A DNA stretch of 53,706 nt, the filler included, from Sphacelaria rigidula (lineage: Eukaryota): NCBI GenBank assembly GCA_964200075.2. It is 4 parts of 4 records of this genome, joined end to end, with 100 filler letters (N's around TTAATTAATTAA, not from the genome) between each part and the next. Parts side by side here need not be neighbours in the genome. Positions count along the whole stretch, not along the records: positions 1 to 13,354 come from CAXNAA020002944.1; positions 13,455 to 26,806 come from CAXNAA020002945.1; 2 more parts are not named here. One strand, written 5' to 3'. The translations under genes and the position numbers were made by a program. Numbering within the stretch: the first letter of the stretch is position 1; every line of letters begins with the position of its first letter. Below, one piece after another: positions 12,928 to 24,330 of the stretch. A model generated the notes under the pieces. The model saw nothing but the letters and a program-made list of their open reading frames with translations, made no database searches and was not told the DNA's origin.

Positions 12928-13354
12928 CGCTGCTGTTGAAAGAGCGAAGCCAATACGTTCCGATGAGCTAGCGCTGAGAGGCAAAGGCCCTGCTTGCTTG
13001 CGGCCGCCAGACCAGCGCGTGATGGAGGACACACCTTGCATTCTCACCGCTGCAAGGGGGTGTTATGTTCGTGATGAGAGTGAGCAGAGCAAGCGTGGGG
13101 CTTGCAATGCCCAGGACGAGTCTATCTGCTCCAGTAATTCGGCGAGAGATTATTCAGATGATTCATAGGGGCGTCTGCTTGCAGGTAAAGTGGATGCCGG
13201 GTTAGCGCATGTGAATCATCCTACGATAGGGGGGGGGGTATTTTGGGCCATTTGTTGCTTGAAATTTCGAGTCAGATCGTCGTCGAAAGCAGGAACGGTT
13301 GTTCGAACAAGCTTGTTGTGGAGCAATATCGATCATACATACTGCCTGCCACCG

Positions 13355-13454
13355 NNNNNNNNNNNNNNNNNNNNNNNNNNNNNNNNNNNNNNNNNNNNTT
13401 AATTAATTAANNNNNNNNNNNNNNNNNNNNNNNNNNNNNNNNNNNNNNNNNNNN
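13355..13454. other. Artificial contig spacer (N44-TTAATTAATTAA-N44)
   Basis: Exactly 100 nt, with a central 12-mer giving stop codons in all six frames. Identical spacers occur at 26807 and 40257. Confidence 0.95.
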
Positions 13455-15679
13455 TGCGAAAGAGAAGTTCAGCGCGGCTGGCCAGCGCTCGAATCGGTCT
13501 TGTTGACGCCCCCCCCCCCTGTTCCCCCCATCTCCGCCCTGCGCACCTCCTCCCCCGTGCGTCAATCAGAATGCTGGACGACTGCAAGGGGGCGCGAGCT
13601 ACTGGAAGACGAGGAACATGCTGTTCCAGAATTTTTGTATGCTGAGTTGATAATACACCGGACGGGTCGGATTCTGCAACGATAGCGCACATGGAATGTG
13701 GGGATGCGGAAACGCGTGCGGACTGTGGCCGTCCTGCAACCGATCCATCAGCGTCGTCGCAGCCGGTTCCCGCCCGGTCGGCAGCAGCGGAAGCAATGCA
13801 ACCTCCGAACAAAGGCAAGTTTAGTCTCGAGGTGAAAATACATATTGCTCGATGTTTTGTGTGTATGTTAATTTTCTATCTCGAGGGGGGGGATAACGTA
13901 CCACACGGTACTGATAGTTTCGTCCGCGGCTTGTTGTGCGCGTTATTTTTGGCATGCATTTGCACATTGATTCGCCCGTATTGTTCACCCGCCAACGGTA
14001 AATTCATCCCTCTCCCTAATCGCGCACAGCGCTTGTCGCCCACGGGGTCTCCCTCTGTTCTCGGTCGCACACACCGCTGCTGACCTTTTGCCATGGGTTC
14101 AAGACGATCATCGACGAAAGTCTTTGGAACCTGCCTGTCGCCAGCCGAATTTCCGAGGCAGTGATGATGAAGGTGCGCAAACGTTGCGAGGATGAAGCCC
14201 GGTGGTTGCTACCCGTAGCGGAAGCCGTGATGAGCCTTGCCGCGACTCGCCTCGAGATTAAACGTATCTGGCATAAACTCATGACAGCACTGCGGACCGT
14301 AATGACTGGTCCCGCCAACTCAACGCGAGCGTCGAGGTTCATCAAGCTGCGCCAAGATGTACGTCATGAAGAGATGTTGGCGTTCGCGACACAGTCTGCC
14401 GTCGAGGCCGCGGCGTCAGTCCATTTCCACAACTCCGGTGGCGATCACCCGAGCCCCAAAGCGAAGCGCGCCCTCGTGGCTTGCTATCTATTCCTCGAGC
14501 GGGCAAGTTCAAATTACAGTGCTCCTTCCCGGATGTCGTCGACCCGCGTGCTGATGGCGATGTGTCCGCAAAACCTCGCTCCCTGGTGACCGCAGTTCCG
14601 TCTAGAATATGCGCTGTCCTCATTATGCACCTCTCCGGCCTCTGTGTGTATCAACACTGACAGCAGGCGTACATTACCCCTTTCCCACCCTTGTACCGTA
14701 CGGTGTGTTTTGTGTCTTACAGGCTACACACGACAGGCTGCTCACCGGCGTTGAGGACGTGAACATGGCTGAGTTCGGGTACCCCAGGGGTGCGTTGGAA
14801 CTGCACCAGGATAGCGCGAGAGTGTTGTACATGATACCCGGGTGGTTACTTAGTAGCGGCTTCACGCAGGGGCGCCGAAATGCCCACGATGGTCACTTGT
14901 TCTTGCCTTTGTTGAATACGCAGAGATATGTGAACAAAGAGGACTTCGACCGCCGGGCGCCGGACAATTTGCGGGGCCTAGAGACGAAAGTGGTACGTCG
15001 TAATGAGGTGTATCAGGGCAAGAGCCTGTTGTTTGTTACAGCGGATTTTTTCAGGCTCGTACAGCGTTGGGAGGCCTGGTACCGTCATGCTTTTTCCAAA
15101 TCGTATCTTTTATGTACAATTTTGGGAAACCTCCCGGAATAAGGAGAGTTGTTGGGCGGGCGGAGGTTGTGCGAAACCATGGCGTGCGTTCGTGCAACAC
15201 AGGATTGGGCCTCGGACCCTAGTGCTGAGCAAGCAGTGAACGAGTTCCTGTTGCAAAAATTTCACAACGTGCGGTTCGCGGAGTATTCGAGGCGACTGGG
15301 GATGGTTGCCGACATTTTCAAGAAGAAAAAAGCCACGCAGCAGGCCCTGCGTTCAACGTTGGAGGCGACCCGCACCGTTGCCAAGCTCAAAGCGTCGCCT
15401 GCCAGCTCAGGCGGCGGTGGTGCTTCGGCTAGTGCTAAAGAACGTTGCGATCGCGCGAAACAAGCTCTGCTGGCACTGAGCTTCACAGAGGCGTCCTTCG
15501 CGAAGCTCACAGTCGCGCAGTTGAGGGGTCACATCATAGAGGTAGGTGGCACCTTGAAAGGGCGGAGTGCGGCCCCGAAAACAAGCCAGCAAGCGCAGCT
15601 TAAGTTGTTGGTGCCGGGTATTGTTGAAGGACTTCGACGTCCGGACGGCATCGGCCGTAGAAGCCTTGGGTCTCGATGA
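13455..15679 (+). pseudogene. Intron-containing, disrupted gene, probably DNA-transposon-derived (P-element/THAP9 C-terminus-like motifs plus a C-terminal SAP-like motif)
   Basis: Candidate exons are ~13455-13814 (GC donor), 14030-14585 and 14723-15679 (acceptor gtcttacag). ORFs 14609-15142 and 15149-15679 are in one frame separated by a single TAA. There is an apparent frameshift near 14530. Motifs: LYMIPGWLL, LLFVTADFFRLVQRWE, LLQKFHNVR, FAKLTVAQLR. Confidence 0.5.
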
Positions 15680-17984
15680 TGGGTCCCACTGGCAAGGGAA
15701 AGCCGCTGCCCTTTGACATTTTTTTATTTTATTCTCGGGGGGTGAACAGGACGGCGGTGTTATGGTGACTCGTTGTAGTGGTCGTATTACGACGGTATTG
15801 GATTCGCCCTCGTAAAAAGTACGCGTGACCGCGGTGGTTTAGCAAGTGGCCATAGTGTCGGCGTTGCGTGTGATGACCCATCTTGTGCCGCTGGAATAGT
15901 CTTAAATATTTTGTGTGTGGCTGGTCGTGTATAATAATGACAAGAAGTATTACTTTTCGGTGTAGTTGCCATTTTTTTTATCATTTTTTTCCATTTGTTT
16001 TTTTATTTTTCAGCAATTTTTTCGTTCATTTTCATGGTGGAGTTGCAAGGTAGATTGTCGTGGGCTTGTATGTTAGCTGAGGTGTTCACGTCGATGTTTC
16101 GAAACATTACGTTGAACTTGACCTCCAGAACCGGCAAGGCATATCAGAAATAATGCAAAATGGCCCTTTATTTCCCTTTTCTCTGCGGGGGCGGGGGCAA
16201 GGACGGACAGCGTTGCCGTAAGGATTTAGATGGTGTGGACAGCACTGTCACGAACTTATCTGACGACGAAATATTTTGAGAATCAACTGCTTTCACCGCA
16301 ATTGGGTTATCACGTCCTAGCGGATACCCCACATCTTATACAAGTACGAAAACTGGCGCCGCAAAGGTTGCATGGAATCTACTGTTCCAATCCCGACATA
16401 TCCGGATTCTAATTCGCCCAGCTTCCCCTCGGCTTCGAGAGGTAGATTATGAAACTTGGTGCGGAGAGTTAATACGGCATGAGATTTTAACATCTTCTTG
16501 GCAGGACCCCAGGTGACCGGTCAGCCCGCACGTCACTCAATATGAAGCACATTCATTTTCTTCTCATGGATTGTGGAGCGGATGCAAATATCTTTAGACC
16601 CCCAACCTGATGGGCTCTGACAAGCGAAAAGAGCCCAAGATAATCGCCGATTGCGAAAAATCACAAATGACCACGAAATGATTAGTTAGACCGCCCGCTA
16701 CTGTAGCGTGTGGAAACGACCGGTGTAGTCGCGTGTGTAACGTGTAAGGGCAGAGGTAAAAATACAAAAGTTTTAAAACGTCGTTCTCAGGTTATCCCTC
16801 ATAAAGAGTTTTGGCGTCAATTCTGACTGCGACGTCGCCAAATGGTCGAGACCAGCGACTGCACCTGTATCTTTCGCATCCCTTGGGGTGTTGTTACCAT
16901 CATATGCCGCATCCGCCTCTAAATCTTTCGTGCACGTATGCAACGGCTTATCCTACCTTCTTGATCACGTGCCAAGGGAAGGTTCCTTTGAACTTTGGCA
17001 TGGAGGGCGGGCTGCTTCAGGGTGAATGCCCAGAACTTCTTCGGTACTAGCTCCAGGACGGAAAAGTGGGCGCACTTGAACATATTTGGTGTAATGGTGA
17101 CCCCAACGATAAAGCGATGACTGTGGCACAAACATTCTTGATTTTTTTCCCTTGTCGACGCACTGGTCGTGGGGCACAACCTCGTTGGCCCATCAGGGGC
17201 CTCTAATTTGTTCCGAAATTATATATGAAAATTCAGATTTGGCACACAACGTGCGCACCACAAACGAAGGCGTAACCACCAAGATGTGATGAATCCGACG
17301 GAAAATACATATCTTAAAGAAGCCGGGCCAGCCTAGAAGGGGATCTGTAATTTGCAGGCGAATTCGAATTTTTCACTTAGAGTTCGGCAGTGAAATTTGG
17401 CATGGAAAATCAACAGGGCATGAAAAAAGGGGAATGAAATGATATTCGGCGCAACTGCGGGCGATCGCGTACCGGTATGGTTTGGTCGGCTCATGCCATA
17501 ATGTGTACACCATCCCGACAAGCATAATCCGCGACGCATGCGTGTATCTTCCACAGTGTCATCTATGACACTTGCCGTGACTATGTTATTTCCCTGGGAT
17601 ACGAGACAGACGCCACGTCTGTACATCTCGTCAGATGCACCGTCCTTGCAGTGCTACTCCTGTCGTTTCACGTGTGCACAATCGAAGCACCTGGCTCACC
17701 AACCCAGTCATGTGGCGCATCGAGGAATAATCTATAACATGAGTTCTTGTTGGATAGTCGTGGTATCCCTGCATTGGACCCTTGGGTTGTGGTATTGCAC
17801 TGTTTTGCCATCCTCTGCAGTCATCATACCTCACGAGACGATGGGGGGTGAGTGCGGTACTCTAATCTGACGCAACATGCATAGTGCTCCTCATGAACTC
17901 CATGCGTGCTCGCCGTTGGTTGTAGAATTCCTTTCATTAGCTCGGCGATCGAGATTCTAGTCCCGAGTCATTCTACGATAGGGA

Positions 17985-18190
17985 CGGGGGTGTACTCATT
18001 TGTTGCTTGCCTTAGTCGTTTGACCATTGACCACGCATCCCTTTCGAGACGGAGCACCGTTCCTACTCACCTCAAACATACTGGCGCTCATTACGTTTCT
18101 TCCATACATTACACAAGAACCTTTTACACATCTTATTCCCATCCTGTTTTGCCGTCTCTGGCCACCGTCTTACTCCTAGTATAGCGATCA
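17985..18190 (+). repeat. Dispersed repeat family D arm (MITE-like)
   Basis: The motif tcatt(t/c)gttgcttgccttagtcgtttgaccattgaccacgcatccctttcgagac is also at 23255 (+), 24108-24320 (-), 39640 (+) and 39940-40058 (-). The arm's distal part recurs at 40357-40420 (+). Confidence 0.8.
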
Positions 18191-18206
18191 TTTCCCCCCC
18201 AATGTC

Positions 18207-19687
18207 TGTGACGAAATTACGCCGTTACATTGAGTTGGTAGTGATGATCTGGATGATGACCGTTGGTAGTGCTGATCTGGATAATGACCGGGGACACTAG
18301 GTTGATACCCTGGCGTGTCTAGGTGAGTGCCTTGTAAGGTCACTCCATGATAAGGATAATATGTCGTAAAGGCTGACAACTGAAACTGAGGCCAGTGAGG
18401 CTGGGGAGTCCCTCAACAGCAGGGATTCACCAGTCCTTCTTCTGGCTGGCGTCACAATATCGCTATTAGTTCTAGCGTTAGTGCTAGAAATAGTACCTAG
18501 CAAAACCTGTTGAAAGGATTTTGGAGGAGAGGCTGGCGGCTGGGGACAACCTGAAGCATCACGGGTGCGTGAAGGGGGTTCAAGCTGATGGTAACGGCAG
18601 AAAAGCGGCTGGCCTGTGATTGATCCAGACTGGAGACTTCCTGAAGCTAGCGCAGCGTGCGGCGAGAGTTTGGAGGCTCCTTCAACTGTGTTGTGCGGCG
18701 ACGAAGCAAGGAGAAGTGCAACTCGCGAAGATCCGCTGACCTGCAAAAGGTTCGCAGGTAGGTGGTTACAGTATGGCGACACCCGTGGTTATGCGGGAAA
18801 AATTGCGACCTCCCCACTACGGGGAAAGGTACTCGGAGAGTGCATCTCGCACTCTTACTACGAAGTACTTTGAGTACAAGAAGCGTGTGAAGCACGCTAA
18901 CAACACGGGATCTTACAAATTGGGGATGGATCTTTCATTGGGGGTGAAAAACCCGGAGAATCAAAATCTTCGTATCCACACCAAATCTTCGAAATATGGT
19001 GCCATTTCTTCACCTACTGATCGCTATTGACAACTGCTACACGCCATAGAAATTCGGTCTTTCGATCGCCGAAACGTTGGGGTCCCAGGTGAAAAAACAA
19101 TTTCGGAACCATTTTGGCGTCCGTTCGGACACCCGGAATTCCTCAAAATTGGTTTTTCATCTAGGACCCCAACGTTTCGGTTATCGACATCCAAATTTCT
19201 ATGGCGTGTAGCAGTTGTCAATAGCTATCAGTAGGTGAAGAAATGGAACCATGTTTCGAAGATTTGGTATGGATACGAAGATTTTAATTCTCCGGGTTTC
19301 TCATCCCCAATAAAATATCCATACCCAATTTGTAAGATCCCGTGTTTAACGCAGCGGGTGCTGTGCGGCATCAGGTGGTGCCAATGGCTCAACGAGTGCC
19401 AACTTATGTGCAGAGTGTGTTTTCTCGTTTGGAGCACGGAAAAAGCACAATCACCCTGCCGCAATTGGTTGCGGCGATTAAAAAGCATGCTGGGCATGCG
19501 GCAGGCACTTGCCGCTGTTGTGGCCAGGTCGGCTGTTACGCGCGTGATTGCTCAACGTCTTCCGGTGGAGAGTCTGCGCACTTTCATGCCGCGCACCATC
19601 AGCATCGCCAGCACAAGGGCAAAATACGAGGTAATCGTGGTGGCGGCGGCGGATCTTCCGGCGATGGAGGGTCACAGTCGAGCCCTC

Positions 19688-19718
<31 letters not shown>

Positions 19719-22700
19719 ACAGCAACGGCAACGGCAGCGGCGTCAGCACGGGCCTGGTTCTGGGTCCGGCGCCACCGTAGGTGCTGCTGCTCCGCAACGA
19801 GCGGTGCAGGTGGGACCGATTCCTACAGTGCCGAACACTACGCCGACGGCGACACCGACAGCAGCGCCAGGCGCGACGCCTGTTGACGCGCTGGTCGGAG
19901 GTTTGCCAAATTCTTGGTCTGCTGGCTGGGGGTCATACCCGCCGGCGGTGCCGTTTGAACCTACCGGGGCGTCTTCGCCTTCGCAGCTTGCGCAGCTTTG
20001 GCGTCCAGTGGGATTAGCGGCGCATCGGTCGGCAAATAAATTGCCAGTGAAGTTTGCGGACAGGTACGTTCCTGCAGACCCGTGTCTTCCAAATCGACGG
20101 AAGCGTAGAGCCATTGCGGTTCGGGTCAAGTGGGATTCTGGCGCCCACTGGACGGGTCATGTGAGTCTGTCGGTACAGAGTGTAGAGATGTTGGAGCGTC
20201 TTCTCCCGGATGTGTCGCTGCGCAAGCCGCTTGCGCTCGGGGCGCGGCAGGCCGTCACCGCGTCGTGTCAGCATGTTTACGTCACAGAGCGCACTGTTCC
20301 GCTGCAACTGACAACTTCCTGGGGGTCGGCGCAGTTGCCTCCGATCTCGTTTGCGATCATGCCGGAGTCGGATGGCGTTATTCTTCTGGGGTTGCCGGCG
20401 CTTCAGGATATTGGAGTCGACGCTCAGCGGCTTTGGGACTCCATGAAGACGCGGATGTCTCCGCCTGGTCCGCGCTTGGAGACGCCCGCCGCTTGGGCAG
20501 TCGTCGCGTGAGCTTGTCGGTGGATGCTTCTCAGGAGGCTCGAGGGCATGTGGCCGAGGAGCGGAATGCGGCGGTGGAACGCTCGGTAGAGCGCGGCCCG
20601 GAGATATTTATTGATCCGGCGGAAGAGGAGTCCGCGTGGAAGGCCGCGCTGGAGGAGAGCGTGACGGATGCTGGGGCGACAGGCCTCATCATCTCAAAAG
20701 TGGAGCGCCTGCGCGGCATATTGCATTGCCGCGCCAACGCGTTTCGTCGTTCGCTGCGGGATGATCCCCCTGCGCTCGTGGAGCCCATGCGTGTTGAGCT
20801 GAAACCTGGGGCGTCCGTGGCGAAAACAAAGCCGCGGCGGTACGATGCAGTGAAATCGAGTTGGTTTGCGTTGTGCATGCCGGCTCTTTTGGCGCCCGGG
20901 TTGGTGTTACGTGATTTGCAGGCGGGGTGGTCCGGTCCAGACATGGCGTTTCCGAAGAAAGCTGCATCGTGGACGGAGTGCAGGCTGCAGGCGTGGACGG
21001 CAGCGAAGGATCTGGTGACTCATGCCGTGACGCTGCTCCATCCTCGTCCTGATTGTCAGGTGTCAATGTTTCCAGATGCATTTGAGTGCCATTGGGGTAG
21101 TTTGGTCATGCAGGTGCCTACAGTTGTAATGCAAATACCTGTGCGCGCTGTGGCTGTGTATGGTCCGTGTGAACCAGATGACGCGATCCCTCCAAATCTG
21201 TCTTCCGCCAAGCGCAACGAAAACACCTTGGGGGTGAAGATGCGGATGTGATATCTTTCGAGTCGGACTTTGGTACTACTATCTTGGACAAAGAGGGTCT
21301 GTTTCGTGTGCATGTGCGTGGCCGAAACGTTTTGTGGATTCCGAGTTATGACAAGCAGTTGCAGGTACGTCTGATGATTTGCGCGCACATGCGCGACGCC
21401 GGGCATCATGGTGTGGCTGTGACGCTTGTGCGCTTGCAAGAGTTTTGTGTCTGGCAGGGGATAAAAACTAATGTGCGCGAATATGTCCGCCAGTGTCTGC
21501 ACTGTGCTGACTCGAAGGCGGGCGATGTTGTTCCCCGCCCGCTTGGTGAAAAGGTTCATGGGACCACGCCGAATGAAGTCGTTCATTTTGACTTCTTGTA
21601 CATGGGTGAGAGTGGCTCGGTAGCTTCACAAGTTTTGTCAGAGGATGCTGGGTTTCGATACATCTTGGTAATCATGGATGATTTGAGCAACGTCGTGGCT
21701 TTAGAACCAGTAGCAGTGTGTACTGTTGAACCGACTGCTGCATCTTTGCTAAAAATGTGCAGAACTTTGGGGGTGCCGCGTGTGTGGGTGAATGATACCG
21801 CCACGCATTTCAAGAATGCAATCTTGACCCGATTGCGAGAGGCTTCGCACGTTGATCACTAGTTTGCAGTGGCGTATTCTCCTTGGGTAGCCGTACATGC
21901 GAACGTATGGTCAAGGAAGTAGTTCGTGCTCTTCGCTCTATTCTTCTCGAGCAGCAAAGAGCGGTTTCTGAGTGGGTGAACGTGATGCCTGCGGTGCAAT
22001 GGGCGCTAAATACAGCGTGTCGTCGTCGCTACGAAAGTACACCGTACCACGTGATGTTTGGTCGTGCCCCTCGGACGTCTTTCTCGGTGCTGGCGTCTTC
22101 GTCGGCGGGGAAATGAAAATATGATGTTTTGGACGATGTTCAGACCAAGCGTGCACTATAAAGAGTATTGGAGTTTCAAGAACGCTTCCACGTTCAAGTG
22201 CAGAAACGTGTTGCCGCTGAATATGCGCGTAGGCGTGAGGGGTCCTTGTCGGGGCTGGAATTACCGAATTTTGAGGTAGGCGACTATGTCTTGTATGCAC
22301 GCGTGCGTCGTCCGGGTGTTACGCCCAAGTTGATGGCGACGTGGACTGGTCCATGGAGAGTGGTTGGTGCTCACCACCCGCACGTGTTTGAGATTCAGAA
22401 CATTGTTTCGGGTCGTGTTCAGCCCGCCCAGGTAGCTCCATTGCGTTTCTATGCAGACTCGCACCTTAGTGTTGCGGCTGAGCTTAAGACGTGTTCCAGC
22501 ATGCTTTCAATCAGGAGCAATTGCAGATGGCTGGTATTGTCCGAGTGGCAGAAGCAGATGGTCGTTCGTTGATCGTGTTGGTCGACTGGGTTGGTTTCGA
22601 AGTTGAGGAGCGTACGTGGCAGCCTTTAAGGATCTTTTTGAGGCCGCTCCGGAATTTCTTACGAGGGAGTCGCGTGATATTCAGCGTGACTCGTGCCGTT

Positions 22701-23070
22701 GCTGCTCGCATCACGAGTGAATTTAGTATCCAGTTGTGACTTACTCACCGTTTTGGCGTTTTCTATGTTTCAAGCCTGTTGATCGATTTTCGTCCAACGC
22801 GTGTTGGGGGTGCTGTGACGAAAATACGCCGTTGCGGTGAGTTGGCAGTGATGATATGGATAATGACTGGGGGCACGGAGATTCTGGAGGGTTCTGGATA
22901 ATGACCGGGACACGGAGATGGCATCTGCAGGTCTAGAAAGCTGGTGCCCTGGAAGGTCACTCGGATAATATGATATGTTGTACAGGCTGACGACTGAAAC
23001 TGAGGCCAGTGAGACTGGCGAGTCCTTCAACAGCAGTGATCCATCAGTTCTTCCGCTGGCTGGCGGTACG
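18207..23070 (+). mobile_element. Defective chromodomain-bearing Ty3/gypsy LTR retrotransposon, LTRs at 18207-18456 and 22814-~23070
   Basis: The 5' LTR reads TGTGAC...GTCACA and a PPT-like GGGGGTGC is at 22806-22813. gag has the knuckle CRCCGQVGCYARDC. The protease motif is WDSGA (~20130). The RT start and RNase H start (FPDAFECHWG) are fused. The integrase has H2C2 (AHMRDAGHHG...CLHC), HFDFL, NDTATHFKN, CERMV and WTGPW. The chromodomain LVDWVGFEVEERTWQP is at ~22570-22630. Multiple frameshifts and stops. Confidence 0.92.
18902..19346. mobile_element. Foldback MITE (family C) inserted into gag with a TAAC target-site duplication
   Basis: A near-complete 445-bp palindrome, aacacgggatcttacaaattgg...ccaatttgtaagatcccgtgtt, with TAAC on both sides. 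Excision restores the gag frame KHANAAGAVRHQVVPM. Confidence 0.9.
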
Positions 23071-23247
23071 AACCCCATTTTAGACATCAGCCCCAAATAT
23101 TAACATCCCCCGTTCATATGAGGCGCTTCATGCAGCCTGAACCCAAACATCAAGCGCTGTATGGCCATTTGTGTTCGTGATACTTTTGAGCCTTTTNNNN
23201 NNNNNTCTGTGTGGGTGGCGGCTTGTGGCGTGGGGCGAGGGGGCGGG

Positions 23248-24330
23248 GATGCGTTCTCATTTATTGCTTGCCTTAGTCGTTTGACCATTGACCACGTATC
23301 CCTTTCGAGACTAGTTTTGGAAGGGGGGAGTATTGTAGAAAGTGTCTTTGAGGGATTTTGATGATCCGAGCAGATCGCCGAAATTCTTCAAAATTGGTTT
23401 CGCACCCAGGACCCCAACATTTCAGTTATCGAAATCCAATTTGTATGGCGTGTAGTAGTTTTCAATAGCCACCAGCAAGTGAAGAAATGAAATCATAATT
23501 CGACGATTTGGCGGGAATACGAAGATTTGAATTCTCCGGGTTTCTCATCCTCAATTAAAAATCCATCCCCAATTTCTAAAATCCCATGTTTGTGTCAGAC
23601 GACCTGCCACACTCGCGGTACGCTTGTATTCGGTTCGGAACGGTATCGCAGTGTGAAAGAGCGGTGTATATCTCAAACAGGCTCGCTCAAATAATCGTTG
23701 CTGCTTTCAACGGCGATTTGACTTGACCTTCCGTGCAAGGAGTGGTCCAAAATCCCCCGCGCCCCCCACTACCGTAAAGAGCCCCTGGAGATAGACGGGT
23801 GCTTGAGAGAGGGGATAGGGATTAAATTCTTATTTGCATGGCCTAATGGACGCTACGATAAATATGAAATTGTGATTTCGGGCGGGAGACCTGGATCTGC
23901 CAGAAAGAAGAGAGAGATTCACCAGTCGTCGAAAGGAGGAGGAAGCAGATGGACAGGACTGCCCCCGAGGCACAGGAATAGAGAGCAGAAGTCAGACAGT
24001 GGCAGAATGTGGACTGTACGAGGAGGAAGGGGACGTGCTAGAGGGGAAAATGCGGGACATGACCGAAGATAGTATGAAATCGTTTGATGCATTGTGCAGT
24101 AGGCGCTAAAACGATGGCTGTACTAGGAGATAGATGATGGCCAGAGATGGCGCAACAGGATGGGAATAAGATATGTAAAAGGTTTTGTGTAATGTACGGA
24201 AGAAACTTAGTGAGCGCCGGAATGTTGGAGGTGTCTCTATTAGGAGTAGGAACGGTGCTCCGTCTCGAAAGGGATGCTTGGTCAATGGTCGAACGACCAA
24301 GGCAAGCAACGAATGAGTACGCCTCCCCGT
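23248..24330. mobile_element. Family-D inverted-arm element carrying a half copy of MITE family C (23355-23590)
   Basis: D arm (+) at 23248-23310, internal tgtcagacgacc...ctcgcggt.cgcttgtatt segment at 23593-23720, D arm (-) at 24108-24320. The same order is seen at 39630-40060. Confidence 0.6.
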
